From: a virus
Taxonomy: Duplodnaviria > Caudoviricetes
Virus record (IMG/VR): IMGVR_UViG_3300046512_000357
Location: 1,299 to 65,298 of that record
DNA: 64,000 nucleotides
Reading direction: 5' to 3' (one strand)
Made by a program: the position numbers and the translations under genes. Within the stretch, counting starts at the first letter, position 1; the number at the start of each line of letters is the position of its first letter. This document shows positions 35,743 through 45,590 of this stretch, in pieces. The notes below the pieces were generated by a model. That model did not search any database. It was not told the DNA's origin and saw nothing but the letters and a program-made list of their open reading frames with translations.

Positions 35743-36051
35743 TTACGTTTTCGTTACCAGAGTAATTTCTTTGCCGTTGAGTTGAACTTTGAATTTGTTA
35801 TCGCCAGTTTTAGTAACTGTAGTCTGTGAATTATTCAGGCGGTAGCGAACGTTCCCAGGCGTGCGGGTATATACCCCGGCAGAAATTAATTTCCCCTTCG
35901 TCTTTCCTGGCGGCGCCGGCGCACGTACCTCCGGGATATCTACCACCGTAATCTCACAGTACTGGTCGATCTGATAGCCTTGGGTGGGATTGTCGGAGTC
36001 CACGGCGCTGATAAGCGGGCCGGCAGACTCAGTCTCAATCGTTGTAGTCAT
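35743..36051 (-). CDS. Antisense moron, hypothetical protein
   Basis: Low GC; GAGG RBS; TGaTAATCT promoter at 36087-36079. Confidence 0.6.
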   Translation of the reverse strand: MTTTIETESAGPLISAVDSDNPTQGYQIDQYCEITVVDIPEVRAPAPPGKTKGKLISAGVYTRTPGNVRYRLNNSQTTVTKTGDNKFKVQLNGKEITLVTKT

Positions 36052-36095
36052 AGTAATCCTCGTAATGGTGAGAGTGGGAGATTATCATAAAATCA

Positions 36096-36728
36096 ATGCT
36101 GCCTGCTCAGCCTGCTAGGCCGCGCCCGCCCGACAGCTTCACTGACCTGCTGACCGCCCGCTATATGCCGGCGCCGGAAGTACTCGCGTGGGCCCGGGCC
36201 CAGATCCTTACCGGGTGCAGTCAGCTGCACAACCCTGACCACGCCCACTTGGAATATGCCGACGTGCAGTTTCTGTGGGCGCCGGGCGGCTTCAACAAGC
36301 AGGGCCGCACGGTGATTGGCCAGTGCGAGGAGATGGTATTCCGCTGTGGGCCGTGGCAGAAGGGGCGGCAGCAACAGCAGATGGCCGACTGGTTCGGCAT
36401 GGTGCCTGATTACTTGATCACACTGGACGCCAGCTACTGCCTCAAGTGCACCGACGCCGAGTTTTGCGCGCTGGTGGAGCATGAGCTTTACCACATCGGT
36501 CAAGAGCAAGACGAGTTCGGCAGCCCGGCATTCACCAAGGACGGCTTGCCCAAGTTGTTCATTCGCGGCCATGACGTCGAAGAGTTTGTCGGCGTGGTCC
36601 GCCGCTACGGCGTAGGCCATCCCGAAGGCACGCTGGCCCAGCTGGTTGCCGCTGCAAACGCCGCCCCTGAGGTGGCAAAGATCAACATAGCGAGGGCGTG
36701 CGGTACCTGTCTGCTGAAGGCGGCTTGA
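36096..36728 (+). CDS. Putative phage metallopeptidase
   Basis: ALVEHELYH (HExxH), GHDVEEFVGVVRRYG; precedes TerS. Confidence 0.85.
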   Translation: MLPAQPARPRPPDSFTDLLTARYMPAPEVLAWARAQILTGCSQLHNPDHAHLEYADVQFLWAPGGFNKQGRTVIGQCEEMVFRCGPWQKGRQQQQMADWFGMVPDYLITLDASYCLKCTDAEFCALVEHELYHIGQEQDEFGSPAFTKDGLPKLFIRGHDVEEFVGVVRRYGVGHPEGTLAQLVAAANAAPEVAKINIARACGTCLLKAA

Positions 36729-36760
36729 CATTGACGGCCCCTTGACGGAAGGCAATCCCC

Positions 36761-37240
36761 ATGGCGGCACTCAAGGATGACGTGAAAGCCTTCATCGTGC
36801 AGGCCCTAGCGTGCTTCGACAAGCCCACGCAGGTGGTCGCGCAGGTCAAGGACACCTTCAAGCTCGACGTCACCCGCCAGCAGGTGGAGACATATGATCC
36901 GACGAAGCACGCCGGCCGGACGCTGAACATCAAGTGGCGCACGCTGTTCGAGGACACCCGCAAGCGCTTTCGCGAGGAGACGGCCGAGATCGGCATCGCC
37001 AACCGCGCGTATCGCCTACGCGCTCTGGACCGCCTGGCCGAAAAGGCTGAGAGCAAGGGCAACATGCCGCTGGTCATGCAGATCATCGAGCAGGCCGCAA
37101 AGGAAGTGGGCGACCTGTACGTGAACCGCCGACTGGACGCCCCGAAAGCGCCCGTCGGTACCCAAGAGGGCGGCATTCCTGCTGCGCCGGAGTATGTGCT
37201 GGAGCCTGACGAAGATGTCCCAGACCAGCCCGTACTCTGA
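36761..37240 (+). CDS. Terminase small subunit (DUF2280)
   Basis: MAALKDDVKAFIVQALACFD.P..V...VTRQQVETYDPTK...IANRAYRL...EQAAKE. Confidence 0.88.
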   Translation: MAALKDDVKAFIVQALACFDKPTQVVAQVKDTFKLDVTRQQVETYDPTKHAGRTLNIKWRTLFEDTRKRFREETAEIGIANRAYRLRALDRLAEKAESKGNMPLVMQIIEQAAKEVGDLYVNRRLDAPKAPVGTQEGGIPAAPEYVLEPDEDVPDQPVL

Positions 37241-38813
37241 CCCGCCGGTCAAACTGACGCCGAAGCAGGCAAACATCTACTGCTGGGGATTCCAGAAAAA
37301 GGCCCGCTTCCGCGACGCGGTTTGCGGCCGGCGCTTCGGCAAGACGTTTCTGGGCAAGGCTGAGATCCGCCGTGCGGTGCGCTTGGCCGCCAAGTGGAAT
37401 GTCAGCGTCGAGGACGAGATCTGGTACGGCGCGCCGACGTTCAAACAGGCGAAGCGCGTTTTCTGGCGCCGCCTGAAGCAGGCAATCCCGGCCAGCTGGC
37501 GCGCGAGCAAGCCGAACGAGACCGAGTGCTCGATTACGACGAAGGCCGGCCATGTGGTGCGGATCGTTGGTCTGGATTCATACGATAAGCCGTTCGCCGA
37601 GGCGATCACGTACACGGACATCGACCCGGTGGTCGAGGAGTGGCTGGAGAACATCGACCTGAGCGGCAACAACCTGACCGTGTTCGCGCACAGCGTATTC
37701 ACCGAGGGCATGGCTAAGGGGCTGACCCACATCCTGGTGGATATGCCGTCGACGGTGGACAAGGAAGGCCGCCAGAAGTACATCACCAAGGCCGACGAGA
37801 AGGCCGCCGGCCTGCGGCCGTACATGATCCACGTCAAGCCCGGCCAGGTGCTGGGCTGGCGGAGCCAGAAGGGCGCGGACGGCGTCGAGCGGCTAACCAT
37901 GCTGCGCATGATGGAGTGCATCGAGGAGGATGACGGCCCATTTGGCGTCAAATCGGTGCCGCAGGTGCGCGTTTTGATCCCGGGCGCCTGGGCCACGTAC
38001 CGCGAGGACAAGCAGAAGAAGGGCGAATGGGTGCTGGCCGAAGAGGGCGGCACGTCGATCGACTTCATCCCGCTGGTCACGTTCTACACGAAGCGCACCG
38101 GTTTCATGACCGCCGTGCCGCCGCTGCTGGACTTGGCTGACTTGAACATCAAGCACTGGCAGTCGTCGAGCGACCAGGACAGCATCCTGCACACCGCGCG
38201 CGTACCACTGCTATCGATCACGGGCCTGCAAGACGACGACAAAGTCGAGATCGGAGCCAAATCGTTTTTGCGGCTGCCGATGGGCGCCGAGGCGAAGTAC
38301 GTCGAGCACACCGGCGCGGCAATCGATGCCGGCCGCGTGTCCCTGCAGGATCTGGAAAACCAGATGCGCGCTATGGGCGCCGAGCTGCTGGTTGAGACGC
38401 AGGTCGCCAGCACCGCGACCCAGAACAACATCGAGGACAGCGAGGCCAAGTGCCAGCTGTCGCGCATGGTGCAGTCTGAAGAGGACACGCTCGACAACGC
38501 CCTGGACATGATGCACCGCTGGATGAACCTCGAATACAACGGCGCGGTCGATATCTACGACGACTTCTCGTCCGACGCGATCCTGGCTACGGCCGGTCCG
38601 TTCGTGCTGGCGCTGATCCAGCTGGTGAACAACGGCCTGCTCGACAAGGAATCCGCCTTCGAAGAGATGCAGCGCTACGGCATCATCAATCCGGACAAAG
38701 TGTGGCAGGACGTGCAGGCGAAGCTCGAACTTGAGGGGCCGGTGTTCAGTGCGCCGCTGCCTCGGGCTCAGTCACCAGCGCCCACCCCAGCACCGGCGCC
38801 GGCCGTTGAATAA
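37215..38813 (+). pseudogene. In-frame fusion of terminase large subunit N-terminus (to ~37586) and DUF4055 portal C-terminal part
   Basis: Walker A CGRRFGKT and YGAPTFKQAK, then abrupt switch at GLDSYD|KPFAEA to portal motifs (NIDLSGNNL, PPLLDLADLNIKHWQ); no Walker B or nuclease domain. Confidence 0.85.
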
Positions 38814-39961
38814 TGAGCGCCCTCGAACAGTGGCTGCTTGAGGTACTGCTCGGCAACGGCATCAAGATGCTGCGCGCCGAGGCTGAGGTCAAGGCCAAGG
38901 TGCTGGCCCTGCTGGTGCTGATGCAGAAGGATTTGGTCAGCGTGCTGGCCAACGCCGGCGAGCTGTCGGTGATGGGTAAGCAGGCCAAGGCTGCGCTGCT
39001 GCGCGAATCGAACGACCTGATCGCCAGCTACTACGGCCGGGCGCTGGTGCAGATGGATCTGTTCGGCGTGGCTGATGTGGAGTCGCTGGGCGTGCGGAAG
39101 GCGCTGGCGGCCGTGATCGAGCGTGCGGCGCCGGGCCACATCAGCGCCGAGGTGCGCCTGGGCCTGAGCATCCCGTCTGAGACCTACCTGAAGAAGCTTG
39201 TCAGCGACGTGCTGATCCAAGGCTCGCCGGCGAAGAGCTGGTGGCTGCGCCAGCAGCAGGACACCCAGTTCAAGGTGGCGACCCAGATCCGCATCGGCGC
39301 GGCGCAAGGCGAGACGAACGCGCAGATCATCAAGCGCATCGTCGGCGAAGAGGCGAAGGTCGTACCGGCCGTGGCCGCGCCGACCGCCAAGGCGCCGGTG
39401 CCGGAGATTCAGCCGGGTATGCCGGGCGTGATGCCGCTGGCGAAGAAGAACGCCGCCGCCATCGTGCAGACGAGCATGGCGACCGTCTCCGCCGCCGCGC
39501 GCCGCGCCGCGCTGGAACTGAACAAGGACGTGACCAACGGCTTCATGCAGGTCAGTACCCTGGACAGCCACACAAGCCTGACGTGCATCGCCTACAGCGG
39601 CGCGTGCTGGAACTGGGAATACGAGCCGATCAATGGCAATGACTTGCCGTGGAACGGCGGCGTGCCGCGCCACTGGAACTGCCGCAGCGCCGAGATTGCG
39701 CTGATGAAGACGCTGCGCGAGATGGGCATCGACATGGACGAGCCAGAGGCTGGCCAGCGCGCTTCAGCCGCCGGCCCGATCAGTGCCAAGACCAGCTTTG
39801 CCGACTTCCTCAAGATGATGGGGCCGGAATACCAGGACGAGACGTTGGGCAAGGGCAGGGCCGAGCTGTTCCGCGCCGGCAAGCTGACGCCGCGCGAGCT
39901 GGTCGACGTATCCGGGCGGCCGCTGAAGCTATCGCAGCTCAAGGAGGAGTACTCGAACTGA
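38813..39961 (+). CDS. Head morphogenesis protein (SPP1 gp7 / Mu F family)
   Basis: STLDSHTSLTC...PRHWNCRS. Confidence 0.88.
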   Translation: MSALEQWLLEVLLGNGIKMLRAEAEVKAKVLALLVLMQKDLVSVLANAGELSVMGKQAKAALLRESNDLIASYYGRALVQMDLFGVADVESLGVRKALAAVIERAAPGHISAEVRLGLSIPSETYLKKLVSDVLIQGSPAKSWWLRQQQDTQFKVATQIRIGAAQGETNAQIIKRIVGEEAKVVPAVAAPTAKAPVPEIQPGMPGVMPLAKKNAAAIVQTSMATVSAAARRAALELNKDVTNGFMQVSTLDSHTSLTCIAYSGACWNWEYEPINGNDLPWNGGVPRHWNCRSAEIALMKTLREMGIDMDEPEAGQRASAAGPISAKTSFADFLKMMGPEYQDETLGKGRAELFRAGKLTPRELVDVSGRPLKLSQLKEEYSN

Positions 39962-39976
39962 TGTAGAATCTGGCGT

Positions 39977-40189
39977 ATGACCTTTGACGCCAAATCCCTG
40001 CTGACCGCGCCGCTGCCGCCCGACCTCACGGTTGACGGGCTGGCCGCTGCACTTGCGCAACTCCAGGCTGCTGGCATGGGTGACGCCAGCGTGGAGCTAC
40101 CCGGTGGCGCGCCGATCAGGAAGATCAATTTGGTGGCGCACGGCGAGAAGCCTGCGCACTTTGTTTTAACGGGAATGGAGCAGAAGTAG
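39977..40189 (+). CDS. Small hypothetical protein
   Basis: TAGAAT -10 about 7 nt before the ATG. Confidence 0.5.
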   Translation: MTFDAKSLLTAPLPPDLTVDGLAAALAQLQAAGMGDASVELPGGAPIRKINLVAHGEKPAHFVLTGMEQK

Positions 40190-40190
40190 C

Positions 40191-40982
40191 GTGCGTGAAG
40201 CTGTAACCATCGAATCAGCTAAGCGATTTCAAGACTACGCAGCTGGATTCGTTCGCCCACTGTTAAGTCCGTCGAAACAGCGCCGCCCCGAGGTTGTCGG
40301 TACTGGTTTGCTAATTGAGCATAACTCGGCGTTTTACATTGCCTCTGCTGCGCACGTAATGAACAATTTTCACTCGATGTGGTTTCACCACATCGAAACC
40401 GAGCTTCGTCCTGTATCGGGCTTGCTGGAGTTGACGAGGGCTTTCGGCGATAGCAGTTCTGCTGACCCTTTGGATATTGGGGTAGTACGCTTGGCGGGTG
40501 GCCCTATGCCTCCCTATTCCAACTGGAATGCCCTTCCTTCGGAGTTGTTGCGAGCGCAACCGCTGCCCCGAGCACCTGAGGGATACGCTTTCGTCGGGTT
40601 CCCCTCATCCAGAAGTAAAGCGAACCCAGCCGATATGGTTTTCAAGGTCAGCTACGCCGGTATAAATGGCATGTCGACCGCACCACACAAATACGAAGAA
40701 CTCTGCTTTTCGCCCGAGAATCACCTTTTATTCGATGTCGATCGAGGAAAGGTGATGAGGGATGGGCAAAGCTGGAATTTCCCATCGATGCACGGCATTT
40801 CCGGCTCGCCTATTTGGCACAAAGACGAAGCGGGCGTGCACATTGTGGGAATAGCTATTGAATATCACGCTAAGCACAACGTATTGGTCGCTACCGATAT
40901 CGGCGTCGTTATTGGTCTGGTTCGACGGTTAGAAAAAGAGGTTGCCCGTCGGATGGGCGAGAATTCTACGCAATTCGATTAG
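40191..40982 (+). CDS. Trypsin-like serine protease moron
   Basis: GTGLLI, SAAHV, LDIGV, GFP, GISGSPI triad; lower GC. Confidence 0.82.
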   Translation: MREAVTIESAKRFQDYAAGFVRPLLSPSKQRRPEVVGTGLLIEHNSAFYIASAAHVMNNFHSMWFHHIETELRPVSGLLELTRAFGDSSSADPLDIGVVRLAGGPMPPYSNWNALPSELLRAQPLPRAPEGYAFVGFPSSRSKANPADMVFKVSYAGINGMSTAPHKYEELCFSPENHLLFDVDRGKVMRDGQSWNFPSMHGISGSPIWHKDEAGVHIVGIAIEYHAKHNVLVATDIGVVIGLVRRLEKEVARRMGENSTQFD

Positions 40983-41013
40983 ATCCTGTATCCAAATTTA
41001 GATTCAATAACCA

Positions 41014-41037
41014 AACCGCCCTCGAGGCGGTTTTTTT
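41014..41037 (+). terminator. Intrinsic terminator
   Basis: AAACCGCC-ctcga-GGCGGTTT-TTTT. Confidence 0.8.
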
Positions 41038-41110
41038 ATGCCGCAAGCGGACGCGACGCGGTGCACGGCCGGAAGGCCATCGATAGGGCGGATGCCCGGA
41101 AAGTCAGACC

Positions 41111-41920
41111 ATGCCATTCAAATTCAACGCCGACGGCACCATTGCGATGGACGCCAACGCGAAACTGCCCATCTTCATCCACCCGAACGGTACCGAGGCG
41201 CCTTTCGACGCGGACAATACGTTGGGCACGATCACGCGCCTGAACGGAGAGGCCAAAACTCACCGCGAGGCCAAGGAAGCCGCTGAGCTGAAGCTGAAGA
41301 CCTTCGACGGCATCGAAGACGGCGTGGCCGCGCTGGCCGCCCTGAACACAGTGAAGAGCCTCAGCGTCGGCGACCTGAAGACTGCGGCCCAGGTCAAGGA
41401 AATCCAGGACGCCGCAGCCAAGACCGCTCAAGAGCAGGTCGCTGCCCAGGCCAAGGCAAACGCGACCCAGATTCAAGAGCTGAGCGCTCAGCTGGAAAAG
41501 CGCACCAACGAACTGAACACCCATATGATCGGCGGCGGTTTCTCCAGCTCGAAGCTGTTCACCGATGACAAGCATCCAGCACGTCTGCAAATCCATCCCG
41601 AGATGGCAAAGGCATATTTCGGTGCCAATTTCAAGGTCGAGGACGGCAAGATGGTCCCGTACGATGCCGCTGGCAACAAGATCTTTTCGCCGACCCGCCC
41701 CGGCGAGATCGCCGATTTCGACGAGGGCCTGACGCACCTGGTGCAAGCTTGCCCATTTAAAGACCAGATCCTGAAAGCAAGCGGGGCATCCGGCGGCGGC
41801 GCCCAAGGCGGAAAGGGCGGTGCCGGTGCGGCGAAGCAAGTAACGCGTGCTCAGTACGAAGCCGCCGACCCATCCGCGCGTCCAGGCCTGCTGGCCGGCG
41901 GCGCCGTTCTGGTCGACTGA
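41111..41920 (+). CDS. Capsid scaffolding protein (DUF6651-like)
   Basis: ITRLNGEAKTHRE, GNKIFSPTRPGEIADFDE, Gly-rich linker; precedes the capsid gene. Confidence 0.85.
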   Translation: MPFKFNADGTIAMDANAKLPIFIHPNGTEAPFDADNTLGTITRLNGEAKTHREAKEAAELKLKTFDGIEDGVAALAALNTVKSLSVGDLKTAAQVKEIQDAAAKTAQEQVAAQAKANATQIQELSAQLEKRTNELNTHMIGGGFSSSKLFTDDKHPARLQIHPEMAKAYFGANFKVEDGKMVPYDAAGNKIFSPTRPGEIADFDEGLTHLVQACPFKDQILKASGASGGGAQGGKGGAGAAKQVTRAQYEAADPSARPGLLAGGAVLVD

Positions 41921-41940
41921 TTCACCAATCTGCTTCACCC

Positions 41941-41968
41941 AAGGCCTGCCACAGAGCAGGGCCTTTTT
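41941..41968 (+). terminator. Hairpin/terminator between scaffold and capsid genes
   Basis: AAGGCCTGC...GCAGGGCCTTTTT. Confidence 0.55.
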
Positions 41969-42082
41969 GTATCCGTAGTACCTGCAACACATCGCCAACG
42001 CCTGGATGGGGGTTGGTGCTTTGGGCTGGATGGCCTGTCTGCTTCGCAAATTCCAAACCACCAACTTCCAAAAGGCTACACC

Positions 42083-43447
42083 ATGAAGAAAACCATGCTG
42101 TCGGTCATGGCGCTGTGCGCTCTGGTCTTCTCCTCGGCCGCTCACGCGGTCACCGCCTTCGGTCACAAGGCCTGCGATGTTGTCGCGGCCGTACCGGCGA
42201 AAGCGGAGTTCTACGCCCGCGTCGTCGCCGAACTGGGCTATCGCTACCTGTGGAACTACTCGGCGCGCACCGGCCTGATCCTGGGCGCCAACAACCTGAC
42301 CGGCCTGATCACCTCGATCTACAACGCGATGGACGTAGTCTCCCGCGAGCAGGTCGGCATGATCCCGGCGGTCACGGCGGACATGACGTTCGCCCGAGCT
42401 GCTGTTGGCCAGACCGTGACCTCGCCGGTCGCACCGGCCGCGACCGCAACGGACATCACGCCGGCCGTGACGCCGCCAAATGATGGCGACCAGAATATCG
42501 GCAACAAGTCGGTGACGCTGACCAAGGCCCGCCGCGTGCCGATCCGCTGGAATGGTGAAGAAAAGCTGGCACTGGACAACAACGGCGCCAGCTACAACAT
42601 CATCCTGCGCGATCAAATCGCCCAAGGCATGCGCACGCTGTGCAACGAGGTCGAGAGCGACTTGGCTGCGCTGCACGTGAAGGCATCGCGTGCCTACGGC
42701 ACCCCCGGCACTGCACCGTTCGGCACCGCTGCCGACCTGAGCGATACCGCCGGCGCGCTGCGCATCCTGGAAGACAACGGTGCACAAGGCCTGGATTTCC
42801 AGCTGGTGCTGGGTTCGGCCGCCATGCAAAACATGCGCGGCAAGCAGTCGGGTCTGTTCAAAGTAAATGAGGCCGGCCGCGAAGACATGCTGCGCAACGG
42901 CATCACCGACCGCCTGCAAAACTTCGCGCTGCGCCAGTCCGGCCAGATCAAACGCCCAGTGGCCGGTACCGCTGCAGGTGCGACGACCAACGCCACTGGC
43001 TATGCTGTTGGCGCAACGGTCATCACCCTGGCTGCCGCCGGCACGGGCTCCCAACTGGCTGGCGACGTAATTCAGTTCGCCGGTGATGCCAACAAGTACG
43101 TAGTGTCCAGCGGCGATGCGAGTTCGGCCGATGGCGGCACGATCACGCTGGCGGCACCTGGCCTTCTGCAGGCAATCCCGGCGGCTGCGACTGCCATCAC
43201 GGTAGCGGCACAGGGCTTCCGCAACATGTTCTTCGCCCGATCGGCCATCGTCCTGGCCACGCGCGTGCCCGCGCTGCCGGCGCAAGGTGACTCGGCCGTC
43301 GATCGCACCATCGTGACCGATCCCGTATCTGGCCTGTCGTTCGAGATCAGCATGTACATGCAATACCGCCAAGTGCAGCTGGAAATTGCACTGGTCTGGG
43401 GCGTGGGTTCGGCCAAGGATGAGCATATCGGCATCCTGCTGGGCTAA
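42083..43447 (+). CDS. Major capsid protein, P22 coat (gp5) family, with N-terminal extension
   Basis: ANNLTGLI..IY.AMDVVSREQVGMIPAV...LCNEVESDL...DPVSGLSFE...WGV. Confidence 0.88.
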   Translation: MKKTMLSVMALCALVFSSAAHAVTAFGHKACDVVAAVPAKAEFYARVVAELGYRYLWNYSARTGLILGANNLTGLITSIYNAMDVVSREQVGMIPAVTADMTFARAAVGQTVTSPVAPAATATDITPAVTPPNDGDQNIGNKSVTLTKARRVPIRWNGEEKLALDNNGASYNIILRDQIAQGMRTLCNEVESDLAALHVKASRAYGTPGTAPFGTAADLSDTAGALRILEDNGAQGLDFQLVLGSAAMQNMRGKQSGLFKVNEAGREDMLRNGITDRLQNFALRQSGQIKRPVAGTAAGATTNATGYAVGATVITLAAAGTGSQLAGDVIQFAGDANKYVVSSGDASSADGGTITLAAPGLLQAIPAAATAITVAAQGFRNMFFARSAIVLATRVPALPAQGDSAVDRTIVTDPVSGLSFEISMYMQYRQVQLEIALVWGVGSAKDEHIGILLG

Positions 43448-43497
43448 TCGATTACAACCGGCGGCCAGCACGGCGCCGGGCAACCTGCGAGAACAAC

Positions 43498-43959
43498 ATG
43501 CCTACCATCAAAATCAAATCAAGCCATCCGAGCCAGGGTGATTTCGTCATCATCAACGCGGCCGACTTCGACGCCGAGAAGCACGAGCCGTTCGATCAGG
43601 AGTCGTATGATGCGCTGCGCGGTGCGGTCCAGTCAGGCGGCCTGCTGCCGTCGGCGCCAGAGGTTCTGGCCGCACGTGACCAACTGCTGGCCCGCTCCGA
43701 CGAACTGGACGACCGCGAACTACAGATCAACCAACGCGCGCTGTCGCTGGACGACCGTGAGCAACAGCTGTTGGAGCGCGAACAGGCGAATGCGACCGAA
43801 GCGCAGCGCCTTGCGGATCTGGCCGCCGCGCGCGCCGTCGCACCGGACTACAGCGCCATGTCCAAGGACGAACTGCACGCCGCGCTCAATGTGAAAGGCA
43901 CTCAGTTCCCGGCCGCTGCAAACAAGGCTGAGCTGATCGCGCTGCTGACCGCCGCGTAA
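43498..43959 (+). CDS. Head-associated protein with C-terminal HeH/LEM domain
   Basis: VIINAADFDAEKH; MSKDELHAAL...ANKAELIALL. Confidence 0.75.
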   Translation: MPTIKIKSSHPSQGDFVIINAADFDAEKHEPFDQESYDALRGAVQSGGLLPSAPEVLAARDQLLARSDELDDRELQINQRALSLDDREQQLLEREQANATEAQRLADLAAARAVAPDYSAMSKDELHAALNVKGTQFPAAANKAELIALLTAA

Positions 43960-43979
43960 TCCCGCCTCGCTCCACCTCC

Positions 43980-44002
43980 AGCCCGCCGCGTGCGGGCTTT
44001 TT
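43980..44002 (+). terminator. Intrinsic terminator
   Basis: AGCCCGC-cgcgt-GCGGGCT-TTTT. Confidence 0.75.
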
Positions 44003-44025
44003 CAATTCCACCGCCGAGATAGCCA

Positions 44026-45588
44026 ATGTCCCAGACCACCACGATCAAAGTAGGCGAGTCCGCCAAGACCATCACGCTGCCTGAGGGTAAGGCGCTGATC
44101 CTGAATGGCGCTGCTGGCGCGGTAGGCATGGCCTACCTGCTGGACCCGGTGCTGGGCGGCACTAATTCGGCGAAGACGTGGGTAGTTGGTACCGGCGCGC
44201 TGGCGCCCATCGGACCATACGCGAACTCGCAGAAAATAATGTTGACATGCTCTGCCGTCTCTATCGACGCCACCATGCAGGATGCGGTGCTGAATTTGCC
44301 GACGACTGCCGCTGCTGCGACGCCGGCCTCAACGCCACCACCGTTGAGCACAATTGCCCGTCAGCGCATCTACGGAGTGGTCAGCAACGCGACCGTCAAC
44401 GCGTGCATGCATGAGATCCGGCAGGCGCCAGAGCACTACGACGCCGTCAAAGTTGTCCTGACCGGGGCCGCATCGGTGCCGGAAAATGCGTTCAAGGTCG
44501 GTGTTTCGCCGTCGGCTGCATATAACGACGGTTTCCATCCTGTCGATGCGACCGGCGCGGTCATTGCGCCGATTGTCGGCACGTTCGGCAGTACCAATCT
44601 GACCGACTTCCGCAATACCGGGGGCGGTGCACCGACTGGCGTCGTTACCGGCACCTCCGGCCAAAACGCGGACTTCACGCTGATCGAGGGCATGCTCCAG
44701 ACCGATTGGATTCCCTGCAAATCCCTACCGCGCACGGACTTCCCGAACCGGCGCCCGCTGATCATGACGCGCATCTGGGGCACGAATCCTCCCGCCGTCA
44801 TCGGCGTTGCGCAATCCAACAACGGCAATGCCAATCCGTGGACGCAAATCGACCCCGACTACATGTCGGGCTACTGGGCCGCTGACTATACCGGCAGCAC
44901 GCCGAGCACGCCGCCGGTGCAAAGCAGCATCCCGTCGTATGACATGCTGTTCCAGCTGCGCGGGAAACTCTGCCAGTCCATAGCTGGTGCTGGCGATTCG
45001 ATCATGCAGGGCTGGGTTCAGACTACGGCAGTGCCTCAATGGGGCGGAACTATCAACGGCTGGGCGCGGCGCTTGGTGCAGAAGATCATCGACGGTGGCG
45101 GCGTTGCGTCGTACACGGCGCTGTGCCAATATGGGAACAAGTCGTTGCTGTTCCACAATCGCGCGTACAACTGCCTGCTGACCGGCGGCATCACGCACCT
45201 GTTGCTGATGCCGTGGTCCGTGAACGAAGCGCCGGACGGCGTTGCTTCGGTGCCGCCAGCGCTGGCGCGGACGTCTCAACTGATCGCTATGGCGGCTGCG
45301 CGCAACGTGAAGATCATCATCGTTCGCCCGTGGGCTGGCCAGGGCCAGGACTTGGCCTGTTTCAATCTGGTCCAGGCTTACTGCGACAAACTGGCCGCCT
45401 CTGGCGTGGCCGTGCTCGACGCGCGCGCCATCGTCGCGGCGGACATCACGACCAACGCAATGCGCCCTGAGTTCCTCACCAAAAAGGCAGACGGCACCAC
45501 GGTCGACGTCATCCACTTGAACGAGCCTGGTCACGAAGCCGTCGCGCAGTTTGCCTATGACAATCGCACCAAATTCGGGCTGGCTTAA
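44026..45588 (+). CDS. Virion-region protein with C-terminal SGNH/GDSL esterase
   Basis: GAGDSIMQG, SVNE, DVIH blocks. Confidence 0.75.
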   Translation: MSQTTTIKVGESAKTITLPEGKALILNGAAGAVGMAYLLDPVLGGTNSAKTWVVGTGALAPIGPYANSQKIMLTCSAVSIDATMQDAVLNLPTTAAAATPASTPPPLSTIARQRIYGVVSNATVNACMHEIRQAPEHYDAVKVVLTGAASVPENAFKVGVSPSAAYNDGFHPVDATGAVIAPIVGTFGSTNLTDFRNTGGGAPTGVVTGTSGQNADFTLIEGMLQTDWIPCKSLPRTDFPNRRPLIMTRIWGTNPPAVIGVAQSNNGNANPWTQIDPDYMSGYWAADYTGSTPSTPPVQSSIPSYDMLFQLRGKLCQSIAGAGDSIMQGWVQTTAVPQWGGTINGWARRLVQKIIDGGGVASYTALCQYGNKSLLFHNRAYNCLLTGGITHLLLMPWSVNEAPDGVASVPPALARTSQLIAMAAARNVKIIIVRPWAGQGQDLACFNLVQAYCDKLAASGVAVLDARAIVAADITTNAMRPEFLTKKADGTTVDVIHLNEPGHEAVAQFAYDNRTKFGLA

Positions 45589-45590
45589 CC

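Noticed and set aside
41036-43483. 815-aa - strand ORF (similarly 47417..49174 and 58933..60453)
   Set aside because: Antisense shadows of recognisable structural genes in GC-rich DNA, not coupled to any operon
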